From contig CBFFRQ010000068.1 in the NCBI GenBank assembly GCA_965644315.1, positions 744,001 through 808,000 on the forward strand: a DNA stretch of 64,000 bases. Reading direction: 5' to 3'. The notes under the pieces were generated by a model, which saw nothing but the letters and a program-made list of their open reading frames with translations, was not told where the DNA came from and did not search any database. This document shows, piece after piece, positions 1 to 12,870 of the stretch. The DNA is from Caecitellus pseudoparvulus (lineage: Eukaryota > Protista > Bigyra: Bicosoecida). The first letter of the stretch is position 1; every line of letters begins with the position of its first letter. Made by a program: the position numbers and the translations under genes.

Positions 1-93
1 TGCCGTGTTTAAGGCTCGCTCAGGGGGCGGCTCCGGGCGGCGTCGCGGAAAGAAGCGCCGCACGGCGCTCGAGGACTGACCAGGCGGCTGCTA

Positions 94-719
94 TCACTTT
101 GCCTTAGTGGGCGCGTGCTGCAGGATGCAGGACTGCAGCGCCCCAGCCTCTGTACCGCACACAGTGGGGTCGCGCGCTGGCGGCAGCTGCAGCTGTGCCT
201 CGTGCAGGCCAGCCTCCCAACGGCATGTGCCGTACTTGCCCAGCTGTCCCTCACATGCGTCCAGGGCCCCTGGAATCAGTGCCTTCCTGTAACAGCGGCG
301 TGGGTGTGGAGCCGTCGCGTGCCTGGCAAATGCAGCTGCGGTGTGGAGCGGGGACGCAACTCACCATTTCGCCACGCACGCGTCCACCTCGCGGCTCTCC
401 TTTGCACATGAGGCTTCCCCAGCCCCGATACCTGCATTTGCTGTGCAGCTCTTGAGTTGATCCCACGGGGTTTGGCACAGAACAGATGGCTGCACACTCA
501 GCCTGTGGGGGGGAAGGTCCCGCTAGGCGTGGTGGAGCGCGTTGCGACATGAAACGCCAGCGCCACTCACCCAAACCTCGCTGGCGGAGCACTGCTGGAC
601 GAAGGTGGCGGCCCGTAAACGTAGTCCGCAATGGGAACGAAGTATGAAGCAATGCAGGCAGCAATGAGCAGCCCCCACAGAGCAAACTTGGCTGCATCGC
701 ACCGAGAGGAGGTCGCCAT
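94..719 (-). CDS. Spliced 159-aa protein: N-terminal TM helix plus four CX9C motifs (double CHCH-like)
   Basis: Exons 719-571, 502-365 and 286-94, joined by GTGAGT..CAG introns (570-503, 364-287), give an open 480-nt CDS. It contains CQTPWDQLKSC, CAKESREVDAC, CEGQLGKYGTC and CGTEAGALQSC. Confidence 0.8.
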
Positions 720-861
720 GCTGCGTCGAGGCCAAAGCTGTTTCAGCGCAGCACAAGCCACGAAGTCGCACTGAATATGTGCCCGAAGCTTGCACCATGA
801 TCCGCCCCATGGAGCCACGTCAAGATGTGTATTTTGCCTTTCTCAAGCCCCTTCCAGGCCA

Positions 862-3800
862 TTAGTCGGGGGTGTCGAGGAAGGTCATGCCTCCGTGCGG
901 CACTCCGTCGTAAACGCCGCCCACTGGCTGCCCATCATCGCTGGAGTCACCTGCTGCTGTGGCAGCTGCCGTGAGGGCCGCCATGTTTTCCTGGCCCAGC
1001 ACCGGCACTTGCCACTCCTTCATCAAGTGCTCGAACCTGTCCAGGGCCAGTTGGCACCTCAGCGCGTCTGGCAAGCCGAGGGCCGCTTCAGCCTCAGACA
1101 CGGCAAGGAAGCCGAGCTGCGGCTCCAGGCTCTGCACCGCGGCCGAAATGGAGGACGCGTCCTCGGGGGTCAAGGACGCAGGGCCTGTCGGCATGCCGGC
1201 AGGCGGGCGGAACACCTGAGCAGTCTTGCGCTGCATGTAGGTGCGGAGGAACACCTCCACAAAGCTCCGCGACGCTGCGTTGCGTGCCAGCGCATAGGCC
1301 AGGGGGGGGTGAGACATGGCCAGGTGCAGCGTGTGCACCAGCACCTCCAGTGAGAAAGACGGGTACCGTGTGGCAAACTCCCGGGCGTGGGCCACGAGCC
1401 CGTCCTTGTGGCCCGCAGCAGCGAAATTGCTCTCCCACACCTCTGCGTCGTCCACCCAGTGCGTCTTCTCACTGCCCTCCACCATCGCACCCTCTGGAAG
1501 GCTGCCTTCGTCCGTCACGCGCACAGTGTCCGTGTCGTCGGCCGCGGCGTACAGGGGAACGCCCAGCAGCACAGTCTGGGCCCGCCGGTGCGACATCCAC
1601 TCCGGGGAGTTCAGCGCCAGCATTTGGCGCAGGACGACGAAGAGCCTGCGCACAGCGGGGGTTTCCGCCTCCTGGATGGCTTTGCTCAGCACCTTCTCGA
1701 CGCGCAGGCTCAAGCTCGGGTGGTCTGTGCACAGGTGCCAGGCGCACTCGCCCACTGCGGTGCGGTTGTGGGCGCCATTCAGCGCCTTGCTCCACAGCTT
1801 CTCAGTTTGCACAGCCTTCAAAAAGTCAGACGTCCCAGGGAAGGGCATGAGTGGCAGGGCCTCCTCGTCAGCTGCGAGGACGTTCTTGTGAGCCGGGTCA
1901 GCCGCCTCGCCTGCAGCCTCCTGCGCCTGTGCAGCGGCCTGCAAGCGCTCAGCATTTCCGCGGCTGGTGGAGATGGCTTCCCGGTCATACGCCTCCAGCT
2001 CCTCTAGACCTGCGACGCCGATGTGCCACTTGGCCCACGCAACCAGCGCCTTCGGGAGCGCTGCCCCCGACGGCACCAAACCGCTGGTGAGCCCTGCCTG
2101 CTCACCCGAGCTGGCGCCATCCTTGGCCAGGGTGGGGTGACTGTCATCGCTGAGGACCGCCTTCTTCAGGCATGCAGGCAGCTCTGCGGCGATTGCCGAC
2201 GCCGGGTGGCTGCCTTGCACAGCCCGCAGCAGGATGCCGCCCGAGCCCTTGATGATGGTGGTGCAGGGCATGGGAGCACCCTTCAGCTTGTGCTGCAGCT
2301 TAGTGCGGCAGCGCACCCCCAAGGCGATGGTGTCCCACACGGCTGAGAAGTCAGCCGCTGCGTACTTGTTGGACATCTCAGGCCGGCGCCGCCGCCCAGG
2401 AGCGTAGCGCTTGCCAACGCCCTCCAAGGGGGACTCCGCTCCCAGCAAGAAGTCCGCGACGCTGATGTCCCACTCCCTATCCCGGAAGAGGAACTCTCGG
2501 GCGCCTCGCCCTGTCAACGCGACATGGTAGACCAGAGCAAAGTACTCGTTGAAGTGCTTCCATGCCCCTGCCATGTAGTTGGTCATGTCCAGGGAGGTGA
2601 GCCAGGACAAGAACGCCCCACACGTCGTTGCGAGGCGGGGCACCACCTCTGTGGCCCCGGTGGGGTCCCGGATGGAGATGGTCTTGCCGGCGGCATTCTT
2701 TGCCTTGAGCATGCGAGGCACCTCGACATCCACAGTCTCGGCCCAGCGGCCCTCCTCCAACACGTTCAGGCGCAGGAAGGCTCGCAGCAGGAACGACGCA
2801 AAGGCCGCCCGCACCTCGGGGTGTGGGCAGCGCCCCAGCATGTCCTTGAACAGCTTGGACTTGTGCTGCAAGTTGGACAGGACCTGCTTGCACGCAGTGA
2901 CGTTGGAAGCTACCAAGTCCTCCATGGCCGCGCACTGGCGCAAGAAAGGCTCTGTGTCCGCCGAGTGCGCGGTGACAAGGATCATGAAGCGCATGAGGGT
3001 GTACAGCTCCGACAGGCCATCGGCGGAGGAGACCTCCTGAGCAAGCTCCCCGCAGGGCGCCAGCACTGCATCCACGTCGCTTGGCTGCATCTCTGGCTCC
3101 ACCCAAGGCGCTGCCGATGCTGCCAATGCCGTGGTGAGGCCTGGGTTCATGGCCTCGCGCGTGAAGAACGTCACCCACTCCATGAAGGACGGCTCGAACA
3201 TGTTGCACAGGTGCAGGAAGTTGCAGTTCTCCTCAGACACGCCCAGCTCCACACTCTCTGGCAGGCGGCCGCGACCCGAAGCATCCAGGGGGACAATGTC
3301 CCCAGGGGCCATGGTCAGAGTCTCTGCCGGCTGCCCATCCACTGGTGGCAGCTTCATGGTGATGTCTTGTGGCTGCTTGCGTTCATAGACGAGGATGTAC
3401 GCATTCTGCATGATGTCGACCTCCTCCTCAATCATGCAGCCCGCGGAAGTGCTCCACCGAGATCGCAGACGGGTGCCGCCAAAGCAGGCCTCCTCCATGC
3501 GGGAGACATCCCACGGGACCACCAGTCTGTCGTTGAACTCGAACCACTCCCCTCGCCACTCCACACTGGCGGGCGCCCCTGCTGCGCAAGCTGCTTGGCG
3601 GGACTTGGCAATGTGGTGCGCCCGCACGCCGCGCTCGCGAATGTAGCTAAAGTAGTGCCCCGAGTCAATGGTGCCCACGTGCACGACGATGCCGACCAAC
3701 TCGTACTCGTAGTACTCTGCGGGGTGCGCCACGTATTCCCTCGGGGACGGCTCCTCCACGCCCTGGTTCGCTTCCTCCCACGCGACACCCTCTTTGGAGT

Positions 3801-6800
3801 AGGGGTACATGTCCAGGTCCAAGGGGAACTCCACGCGGGAATTGAGCTTCTCGCTGGTGAAGGTGCTGTAGTTCATCTCAAACCGGCCCAGGTGCAGGAT
3901 CAACGTGTTGGGCAGCTCTGCAAACACTCCGCGCTTCCGCACCGTCACCTCCATGTTGTCCCGAGCTTCGTCGCGGAAGCCGTCGATGGTTTCGCCCTGG
4001 ATCTGGCCGGCCAACGCCTCCGCCAAGCTGCTGCGGCCACGCACTGCCAGGGTGTGCGCGTAGAACGGCTGCACACCACTGTCCCGCGTGGGGGCGCCAT
4101 CCAAGAACACCAGCTGGTCCTGCACTGTCCCTGTCACCGTCGCCGCAAACAGGTTCTCCCACTTGCTGCCCTTCAGGGAGAACTCCAGCCGGTCAATGAA
4201 ACGCGTGAGGTACTCCTGCGCGTCTTGCTGCACCAGGACGTGGGTGGGGGCCTTCCCTGTCTCATCTTTGAAGGCATAGCACCAGCTCGAGGGGTCAAAC
4301 GCCTGCTTGGCAGACATGTCCAGGTTGCCAAACATGACCTGCACTTGGTGCAGCAAGTTGTCCTTCACCTCCTCCTCGCTCTGCTCGTCGGCCTTGGAGT
4401 CAGCGGCCAAGAGGGCATACCGCAGCGGCTCGATCATGAAGAACTGCTGCATGAGCGCGTTCATGTAGCAGATGCAGCCTAGGTTGCGCAGGCCCACGTA
4501 CCCCGTGGCGCTGCGGCTGCCGCTTGCCGGCGTGAAGCGCCACACCACCTTCTGCTCCTCGTGATCCTGCACCAGCTGCTCCACGAAGACCATGCAGGCC
4601 CGTGCAGCAGCTGGGGAGTGGGCAGCCAGCTGCTTCAGCACAGCAAAGGCTGCAGCGCGTGAGAACTCAGTCTTGCACTTGGGCGCAGCGTGCACCGCCA
4701 GCACCGCTTGCCCCTCGCCTTCGCCAATGACGGGCAGATCAAAGAGGCACGTCGTGAACAGAAACTGCACCAAGCCCAAGCCGCCGGGGCGCAGGGCTTC
4801 ATCCAGCTTGTCGTCGCCGGTGATGCCTGCGAAAGCCACAGCAGCGCCTGCCAGGGCACCGATGGGCGCCACCGGCAACTCTTCCACTGCGAGTCGCTCG
4901 CAGGAAGCAGGGGACATGCCGAGCAGCGCGCTCAGCAGCGCCAGGCGCCCCACGAGGGGCAGCACAACTGCGTTCACGTCAGTGCTGCGCTCTACACCTT
5001 CGCAAGTAACCACGGCCTCCACTGCCTTGGCCAGCCACGTGTCGACCAGCGCTGACTCGCCGGTTTGGGTCGAGAGCAAGTGCAGGGCGAGGCGGAAGGG
5101 GGTAACAAGGAACCCACAGGGGGCGGTGGCTTCCAGCAAGGCTGGCAGCAAAGCGCCGACAATGCTCTGCACCCATTCGCCTGGAGCAGATGCTGCCAGG
5201 GAGGCCACGACGCAGGCCGCAACCTGGCGCGCTCCCTCCGCAGCGGGAGTGGTGGCACGCGACTGCAGGAGGGTCTGCAGCAGGAAGGCCCGGAACTCAG
5301 AGCTGCTGCCCTGGCGAGGGTCCAGCGGTGGCGCCATGCCTGACGCGCCTGCTGCAGCCACAATGCGCCCAGCTGCTGCGGCGGCATCCACAGCAGCCGC
5401 CAAGGCAGCCGTGGACGCTGCCCCCTCGCCGCAGAGGGCGGCTGACAGCTGCTGACGCAAAGTTTCCCAGGCAGCTCGCCACACTGGCTCTGGCACGCTG
5501 CCTGCGCTGTCTGAGGCGGTGGGCAAGTGGCGCGGCCAGCTGCGAGTCAGCTGCGCCGTCGAGTGCAGCACCTCAGGCAGCACCGTGCTGGCGCTTGCCC
5601 ACGCCTTGGACAACTCCTCGTGGTGTGCCTCCTCGCCGTCGACATCATCGTCGTCGTCATCCAGAGTCTTGCCAGTCAACGCCGCAGCGGCTGCTGCAAG
5701 CGCTTTCATCGTCGCCGACTCAGCTGACTTGGGGGTGGCAGTGGTTTTGCTGGTCAGGCGCTCCCCAGCCCCAAGCCCTTGCAACGCAGCCCAGTCCACC
5801 TCGCCTTGGGAGACGCTGGGGCGCGGCGGCGGCGTGGCAGCAAGCAACGGCGCAGGCGTCACACCCAGCAGGGCCTCCCCTGCGCCGCCGGCCAAGATGG
5901 CGGCGTCGCCGTGTCCAGCGTCAGCCAGGGCGAAGAGCAAGGCGCGCAGGGCCATGGCTTGCAGCACGCTGACAATGTATGGGCTGCTGCTGCCAGCCAT
6001 GCTGGCAAAGCCCTGCAGGGCGGATGACAGCACGGCAACCCCCCCAGATGCGTGGAAGGCCTCGCGCCACTGCACACGGAGGGCGCGCTCCCGCGTGACT
6101 GCGGCGCCAACCTCCGCCAGCGCAGCACGCACAGGCTCTGCACCCAGACGCAAGGCTCCAGACGCCTCGCCAGCCGAGACGCGGCGCAGGGACAGCGCCA
6201 AGGCAGCGCGGCAGTCAGACTCGGGATCACCCAGCATGCGGAGGACACAGGACAGCGCCAGGTAAGCCTTGGATGGCGAGGCAGAGCTCAGAAGTGGCGC
6301 CAGGGACGCTGCGTTGCCCCCTGTCGCGAGCCCAGCCGCCCAGTCTGTGCACAGGGCGGGCGGCGTGAAGCACCCCGCCGTGCCCAAGGCGACCGGCGAC
6401 AGCTCGGCGTCGGCTGCCTCGAACGCAGCCTTGGTCCACGACCCACCAGGCGCGGTGCCCAGGCTGCCCACGGTGGACGCAACCACTGACTGGGTGGGCA
6501 GCCTGCACAGCAAGTGCCACACGTGGCGCAAGGCCGCTTCATCGGCTTGGCTCGCGAACATGAGGTCCAGCGTCTCAAGCAAGGCCTCCACGCACTCGGC
6601 GTTCTCTGCCAGCACAGCAGCAGTGCTGCCCTGCACGGCAGTCAGAACGGCCTCAGGGGACAGGCAGGCCTCGGGGTCCTCAGCAGGTTCTGACGCTCGC
6701 GGCTTCAGCACCAGCACCGAGGCTCCGGAAGTGACTCCCAGCTCAGCAAGGGTCTTCCCCAAAGCGCCTCCACGGATGGCAGCGACACCCGTCACAGACA

Positions 6801-9800
6801 CCCGCAGCTCGCTCAGGGGCACCCGTAGCAAGAAAGCGATGCTGCTTAGCAACGACAGCCCAGATTCGTGGGGGTACGCCGTGCAGTCGATGCTCTTCGT
6901 GGACAGGGGAACCTTGGCCAGCACTGTGCCGTCGGCCGCGGGCTCCTCGAGCGGCGTCGCCTTCAGTGCCCCGACGCTGGACGCCGGAACTCGGACGACT
7001 GAGTCAGCCTCCGACACCGTCAAGCGCAGAGTCATGGGCTCCCCGCCCTTCAACAACGGCGGTGCCAGGGCCACGGCAGCGGCAGCTGTGTCCCGCAGCA
7101 AAGCGCCCTTGGCGGCATCCTTCACTGAATCCTGCACAAGGCCATTCAGCATGGAAACGCAGCGCTGTAGCAGGCGCTGGGGCGAGGCAGAGCCTGCTGT
7201 GCTGCCTTCTGACCGCTGGGGGCTGATGGGCACGCCACCTGTACCGCTCTCCTCCCCACCACTGAGCATGCCCGCTGCCCGGCGCATGTAGCGAATGCAC
7301 TTGGCCACTGTCTGGGCGCGCATGCCCTGTGCTTCCCCAGCCAGCGGCGCCGCGAGGCGCTGCTGCAAGCTGGACAGCAGGGCAGCCGCGTTGGTGGATG
7401 CATCCTCGTCCTCCGCTGCCAGAGCGACTTGCCAGACGGCGTCCACCCCCTCCAAGTCCAGGGAGTCAATGGAGAAGACAGCCAGCGTGGCGATGGACTG
7501 CCTGCGAATGCCGCCCTCGTCCTGCACCAGGTGCTGGGCAGCCAGGCGAAGGAATGTGGGCACTGAGCCGGCCGGTGTCGGCCGCCCGAACTGGCACGAA
7601 CCAAGCCCCAGCGCGCCGCCATGCAACGTCAGCTTGGCGTCCAGCTCGTTCAGGAGCAGGAAAAGACTGACCACTGCGTTGAAGGCCGGGAGGGTGCAGC
7701 TTGTCGCAAAGGTGTCATCCTCCATGAAGGCGGCGTACACTGCCCGGGCGACGTCGGCGGAGAAGACGTGGGACTCCTGGCCCGCGCCACCTGCAGCGTC
7801 ATCCAGGCCAAGGCTTGCGTGGGACATGTGCAAGCGCCGCACAGCGTCCATGAACCAGCCGTAGATGAGGCTACTCGTGCCATCGGAAGCTTGCGCTGCG
7901 ACGGTCCACAAGTCAATGGCCTGCTCCTGGTTCAGCTCACATGAGGAGGATGCCAGCAGCCAGGCCAGCAACTCCAGCCGCGCGGCAGCTGCCTGCGAAG
8001 CACAGCTGACGGTGGAGGATGAGGCAGGGGGGGCTGTGGGCACTGGACTGGCGACGAGGGCGTGCAGGCGCTCTGTGAGGGGGGTGGTGGAGGGCGCCAT
8101 GGCGGCATCCACCAACGTCAGGAAGTGTGGCCACTCTACTCGCGGAGGGGGTGCCTGCTTGCTGCCACCAGCAGCCAACCCCTGCACCTGCTCTACCAGC
8201 GCAGACACGAGGTCTGTCGCAACCACCAGCTCCCCGATGGCGTCGGCGCGAGATGTCTCCCCCGGCATGACCGAGTATGAGGGCATGTTTGCCAGCGCCG
8301 CATGCAGCAAGAACAATGCCGAGTCAGGGGCCACCCCGTGGCTGAACAGGGCTGACGCCAAGAGCAATGCGCTGTCGCGGATGTGCCCGCCCTCTGTCGC
8401 GCACAGCATCTGAAACAGCTCCACCAGGGCCGCTTCCTGCATGTCAGGAGAGATGCTGCCTGAAAGGGCCTGCAGTGCACTCCAAACGGCTGCCCGGTGG
8501 GGGGTGGGTGCCTCCCCCTCTGGCTCGCCGCTTGCTGGCCCGAAAGCCAGAGCGAACAGGAACGCCTCAGCCTCAGACACAAGAGACGCGTGCAGAGGCG
8601 TCTTGTCAGCACTACTGCCCGATGTCGCAACTGCCTTGAGCAGGCGCACAAGGCGATCATCGACGCCTGACGCAGCAGCAGCCAGTGTGCTCGTGAACAG
8701 CTGCTGCAGAGCAGTGTCATCCATGAAGGGGGCAGTGCTCACAAGGACGCTGACGGCCTCTGTCGCTGCGTCTGTCGCTGCACCCAGCGCGACGCTGAGC
8801 ATCATGTCCAGCGCATCGGAGGATAGCCGCCCAGCCTTCGCCAGGAACTTCACGAGCCCTGCAGACGCCTTGATGCTCTGCTCGTGCTTGATCTTGGCAA
8901 AGAGCGTCCCCAGGACGTCTTCGCTGCTGATCCACGATAGAATGATGTCCTCCGTGAGGTACGACGGCGCGATGCGCACCCTGCGGTAGTTCGTCTTCAC
9001 GCTCCCGTCCGCTTGTGTCCAGGACGACACGAGCAGGCCCTTGGGGGCCAGGCGCCGCATGTCCAGGTGCTGCAGCAGCTCAGACAGGGACTTGGCAGCT
9101 TCCACGGCCTGCTGCAGTTTCCCTCGCTGCAGCTGGGCGCCAATCACCCTCAGGCGCAGGGACTCGATGGTTTCCCCAGTCTGTGCCTCGGAGAAGAGGC
9201 GACGCACTACCTTGTACAGCGCCTGTAGCAGTTGGTCCAGCAGGGGCCCGCTCAGCTCGTCCAAGTCCTCGGGGGAGGACACGGCAGAGGCGATGCGGCT
9301 GTAGCTGCCAGTCACCAAGGCGTGCAGGAAGTCGTTGGCCACGGGGGAGAGCAAGGTGGCAATGTTGCCCATGCAATCCAGGAAGACGAAGAGGCTCTCA
9401 AGTGGCACAGGGTCTCCAGACTTCAAACGCGACGCGATGCCCCGGGCACCCTTGCAGGTCCCCAGAAAGTAGTTGATGTTGTCCAGCAGGTAGCTGCTGC
9501 GGCGCCAGCCCTTCCACCGCACCGCAGCGCTCCCAGGTGCCACGCCGTCAGGCAGCGCCACGCCTTCCGGCAGCGCAAACTCCGCGTCGTGGTGCACGAC
9601 GTCCTTGGTCAAGTACCCCCGCTCCCCTTCCGAGAGGGAGTTCAGTGGGGCCAGCTTGGGGCTCAGCACGTCGTACCAGTCATCGTACTTCTCGCCATAG
9701 CCAATGGCACGCACCAGCACCTTCACAGTGCCATCCTGCTCCACCTCGCGCTCCAGCACCACGCCCTGCACCCACGTCCGGTACATGTCCATGACATCCA

Positions 9801-10843
9801 GCATGTCGCCTTGCTCCAGGGTGTTTCGCCAGGCATCCTGAGGGCCTGGTGTGGGGGGCGGAGGCTTCTCTGCCTCCCGGGCTGCGGCAAGCACGGCGCC
9901 CTTGCCTTTGGGCGCCATGTCCGGGTCTGTTGCACGCTTCCACGTGGCTTCCTCCATGCCGGGGGCCAGGATGCGCAGCTCGGTGCCGTAGGGGCTGCTC
10001 TCCACGATGGTGGCCGTCTCCCACTTGCCATCCACGCAGAAGTCAATCTCGTCCCCCGCATCTAGCAGCTCGGCCCACGAGTCATCCAGCTCATCGGCGC
10101 CCGTGTCCGCCTGCAAGCAGCCTCGAACGATGCCAAACTCTTCTGATTCCAACGTCCCCTTGCCAAAGATGCGGTACAGACGCATGGAAGGGTCCAGGCA
10201 CACCTGCATGATCTCGTTCGTCTCCACGAGGTCTGCCTTCAAGTGGTTGGCGCAAGCACTGAGGGCAAGGTGAACCAGCTTCTGCCCAAACAGGATGTCT
10301 TGCACAGCCCCAACAGCGTACTCCCGCTTGAGCACCGCCTGCGCCATGCCTGGCACGGCATGCTTGAAGAAGTAGTTCATGTGCTCCTGCGAGCAACCAC
10401 TCGTCCTGCACATGGCGAGAGAGGAGGACCGCAAGTGATTTCAGCCGCCGAAACGCGCAGGGAGGGGGGAGGGGCGCACTTTATCCAGTTGAACCATGAC
10501 ATGGCCACTGTGAACTGCTCCTCCATGTCCGTTTCAGCTGCACAGGAGGGGGGGGTGGAGGCAGCGCCAGTGCCGAGTGGTCACGCGGGCCTGAAAGCGG
10601 CCAGGCCCCGCACTGGGGACGGCAGCGCTGCCGGGCACATGTGGTAACAGGAGCAGCATGCATGCCTCGCACTCCTGCCGTGCCCGCCGCCCCTCTGACG
10701 GCAAAGCGCCTGCCGAACAAGTCTTGCGGCAGTGCTCCACCACGCCTGCGGACAGTGCACTCACCAGACCTCAGCCCGACGATGAGGCGCTTGAAGTTGG
10801 CCTTGAACACCCCTACATCGGTTTCAGGGGTCCTGGCTGCCAT
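862..10843 (-). CDS. Large ubiquitin-specific protease, USP34/USP24/USP9X-like (peptidase C19)
   Basis: Cys box GYVGLRNLGCICYMNALMQQ, QQDAQE and His box HVGTIDSGHYFSYI..WFEFND. Helical scaffold and a UBL-like segment. Exons 10843-10765, 10537-10480 and 10405-862. Confidence 0.92.
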
Positions 10844-11255
10844 GACTGGTGGTGCTGTGTGCCTAGTAGCGGTGGGGGGGGAGCGCTTGGCGGGCCTTCA
10901 GGCAACCTTGCCAACACGCCGTTGCCGCTGCAGCGCCGGGTGCCTGCCAAGGCACCAGCCGGAGCTTGAAGCACTCACTGGGCGCAGGACAGCAGTATCA
11001 GTGCGAAGTAGAGCACTGGTGCTTGTCTTTTGTGCGTCGCGGGCAAGTGCAGCCCGCCAGGCTACGATGAAGGCTGCGACACAGTGAAGGGTCCCGCGGC
11101 TTTCTCCACGGCAAGCAAACCCCCCCGCCCGCACAACTCAAATCTCCTCACCCCCACGGACCCCTTCGACTGCCTCTCGGCTGCCTTCAGCGCCGCCCGC
11201 CCCTCCGCCTTGGGAAGCCGAGGAAGCGGCGCAGTCGTGGCTGTGAGGGGAGTTT

Positions 11256-11266
11256 CAAATTCCGCA
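11256..11266 (+). promoter_or_regulatory. CRAHTTCCGCA upstream motif (CAAATTCCGCA)
   Basis: Its last base is the A of ATG 11266. The same motif lies before six other start codons. Confidence 0.5.
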
Positions 11267-11755
11267 TGGAGCCCCACCACGCAAAGCGCGCCGCTGCTGC
11301 TACCAGCGACGACGCCACCGTCGCACACGTGGCACCAGGGTACGATCCAGATGAATTGGAAGAACAGGGCATGGAAGATGGGCTTGGGACACTCATCAGC
11401 CTGATGCAGGACTTCAGCATTGGTGCGAGCTGCTGGCACGCGGTGCCCCGCGTGCCCTTCTTCATCAAGCGCCATCCCCCCCCCCGCAGATTGCAAATCA
11501 GCGAGGCGGGACCACTTCTCCAGTGAAGCTTCAGACGCTGCAGCCTGTGGCTCGCGAGCCAGCCGAATGCGCCGCCTCTTCCTGGCCTCCTCAGCGGGCA
11601 GCACACCGACAGAGCGCAGCTCTTCGCGACGCAAACCAACGCAAACAGTCAAGCACACACAGCGCCCTGCCCAGCAGCCCGCTCGACAACGCAAGCGTGG
11701 TCTGGGCGGTGAGGCCATCACACCTCCCCTTGCAGGTGGTGTTGGTCAAAGGTGA
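11266..11755 (+). CDS. Hypothetical ~140-aa protein (2 exons)
   Basis: Intron 11423-11489 (GTGCGA..CCCGCAG) joins two ORFs in phase. The upstream motif is present. No recognised domain. Confidence 0.45.
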
Positions 11756-12730
11756 GCTTCGTGGGCTTCACTCCGTCCTCTGTTGAGCAGGCATCGCTGG
11801 CAGGTTTGCTGGGGGTGATGCTGGCAGGGTTGCCGCTGGGAGTGCTGTCGCCTGGAGAGGGCAGGGGGCTGGATGGGGCCTGCACCTTGGCTGAGGGCAG
11901 GCTGCTGATGGCAGCCTTGACGTCCGGCAAGGGCAGCGTGAAGCAGGAGCGGCAAGAAGGCAGGTACATCTCGGCGCCGCCCACCACCTCCACCTCCACG
12001 CTGTCTGTCAAGCGCCTTGTGAAGGCGGCGTCCCTGCCGCACACCGCACACACGGCACAGAGCTTGACGACACTCTCAGCCTTGGGAATGAGGGCGCAGA
12101 CGTCCCCGAACGGCTGCAGGCGGGGGAGCAGGGAGCGCGGTGCCTGGCGCCATGCTCTGCCAGGGCCAACGCCAGGCCTCACCTCCTGAGCAAACGTGCC
12201 GTCCAGGGCAGCCACGAGCACCAGCTTGCCTGCAGCACACGCAGCAATGCAGAAGCTCTTCAGGTCGTGCATGAACTGGCCTTCATCGATGGCAATGACC
12301 TGCGGTGGTGGGCAAGCCTGCTTGTGTGGGGCGGCTCCTGCACTCAAATGCACTGCACGAGCGACGCACGTCCACGGTTTTCCAGGAGTCCCCCAGTTCC
12401 TCCAACGCCGCAACACTGACGCTAGGCATCATAACTCGGTCATGTGTCGCCACGCAGTCTTCTGTCGTGTAGCGAGTGTCCTTCTGGAGCGCGCACGAGG
12501 CATGTTGAAATGCTCAAAGGTGCAGCGCACTCGTAACGGCAAGGGCCAACTTTGAACGCCAGCCCCGCAGCTCCCCGGACGCCACTCACGGAGTACTTGA
12601 CAACAAGGGTAGATCGCCGGGCAAAGGCGTGCCTGCGCACCCTGCGCAGCAGCTCCGTGCTCTTGCCGCTGAACATGGGCCCGATGATGAGCTCCAAGGC
12701 ACCAGCCTGAGGCATGCCCCGGCTTGCCAT
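11718..12730 (-). CDS. TK1: Thymidine kinase (TK1 type)
   Basis: [12 protein letters not shown]-loop, [28 protein letters not shown] zinc site and VGGAEMY, across 3 introns. Confidence 0.95.
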
Positions 12731-12870
12731 GTCGCAGGTGATGCTGGGACCAGGGTGGAGGGCAACGCAGCTGTGTCACTGAAGACAACTTGGCCTGGGG
12801 CAAAGGCAAAGGGGTTGAACGCTGTGGTTTTGTTGGTGGTTGCATTTGGGGAAGGGACGCACGCTCCTGC

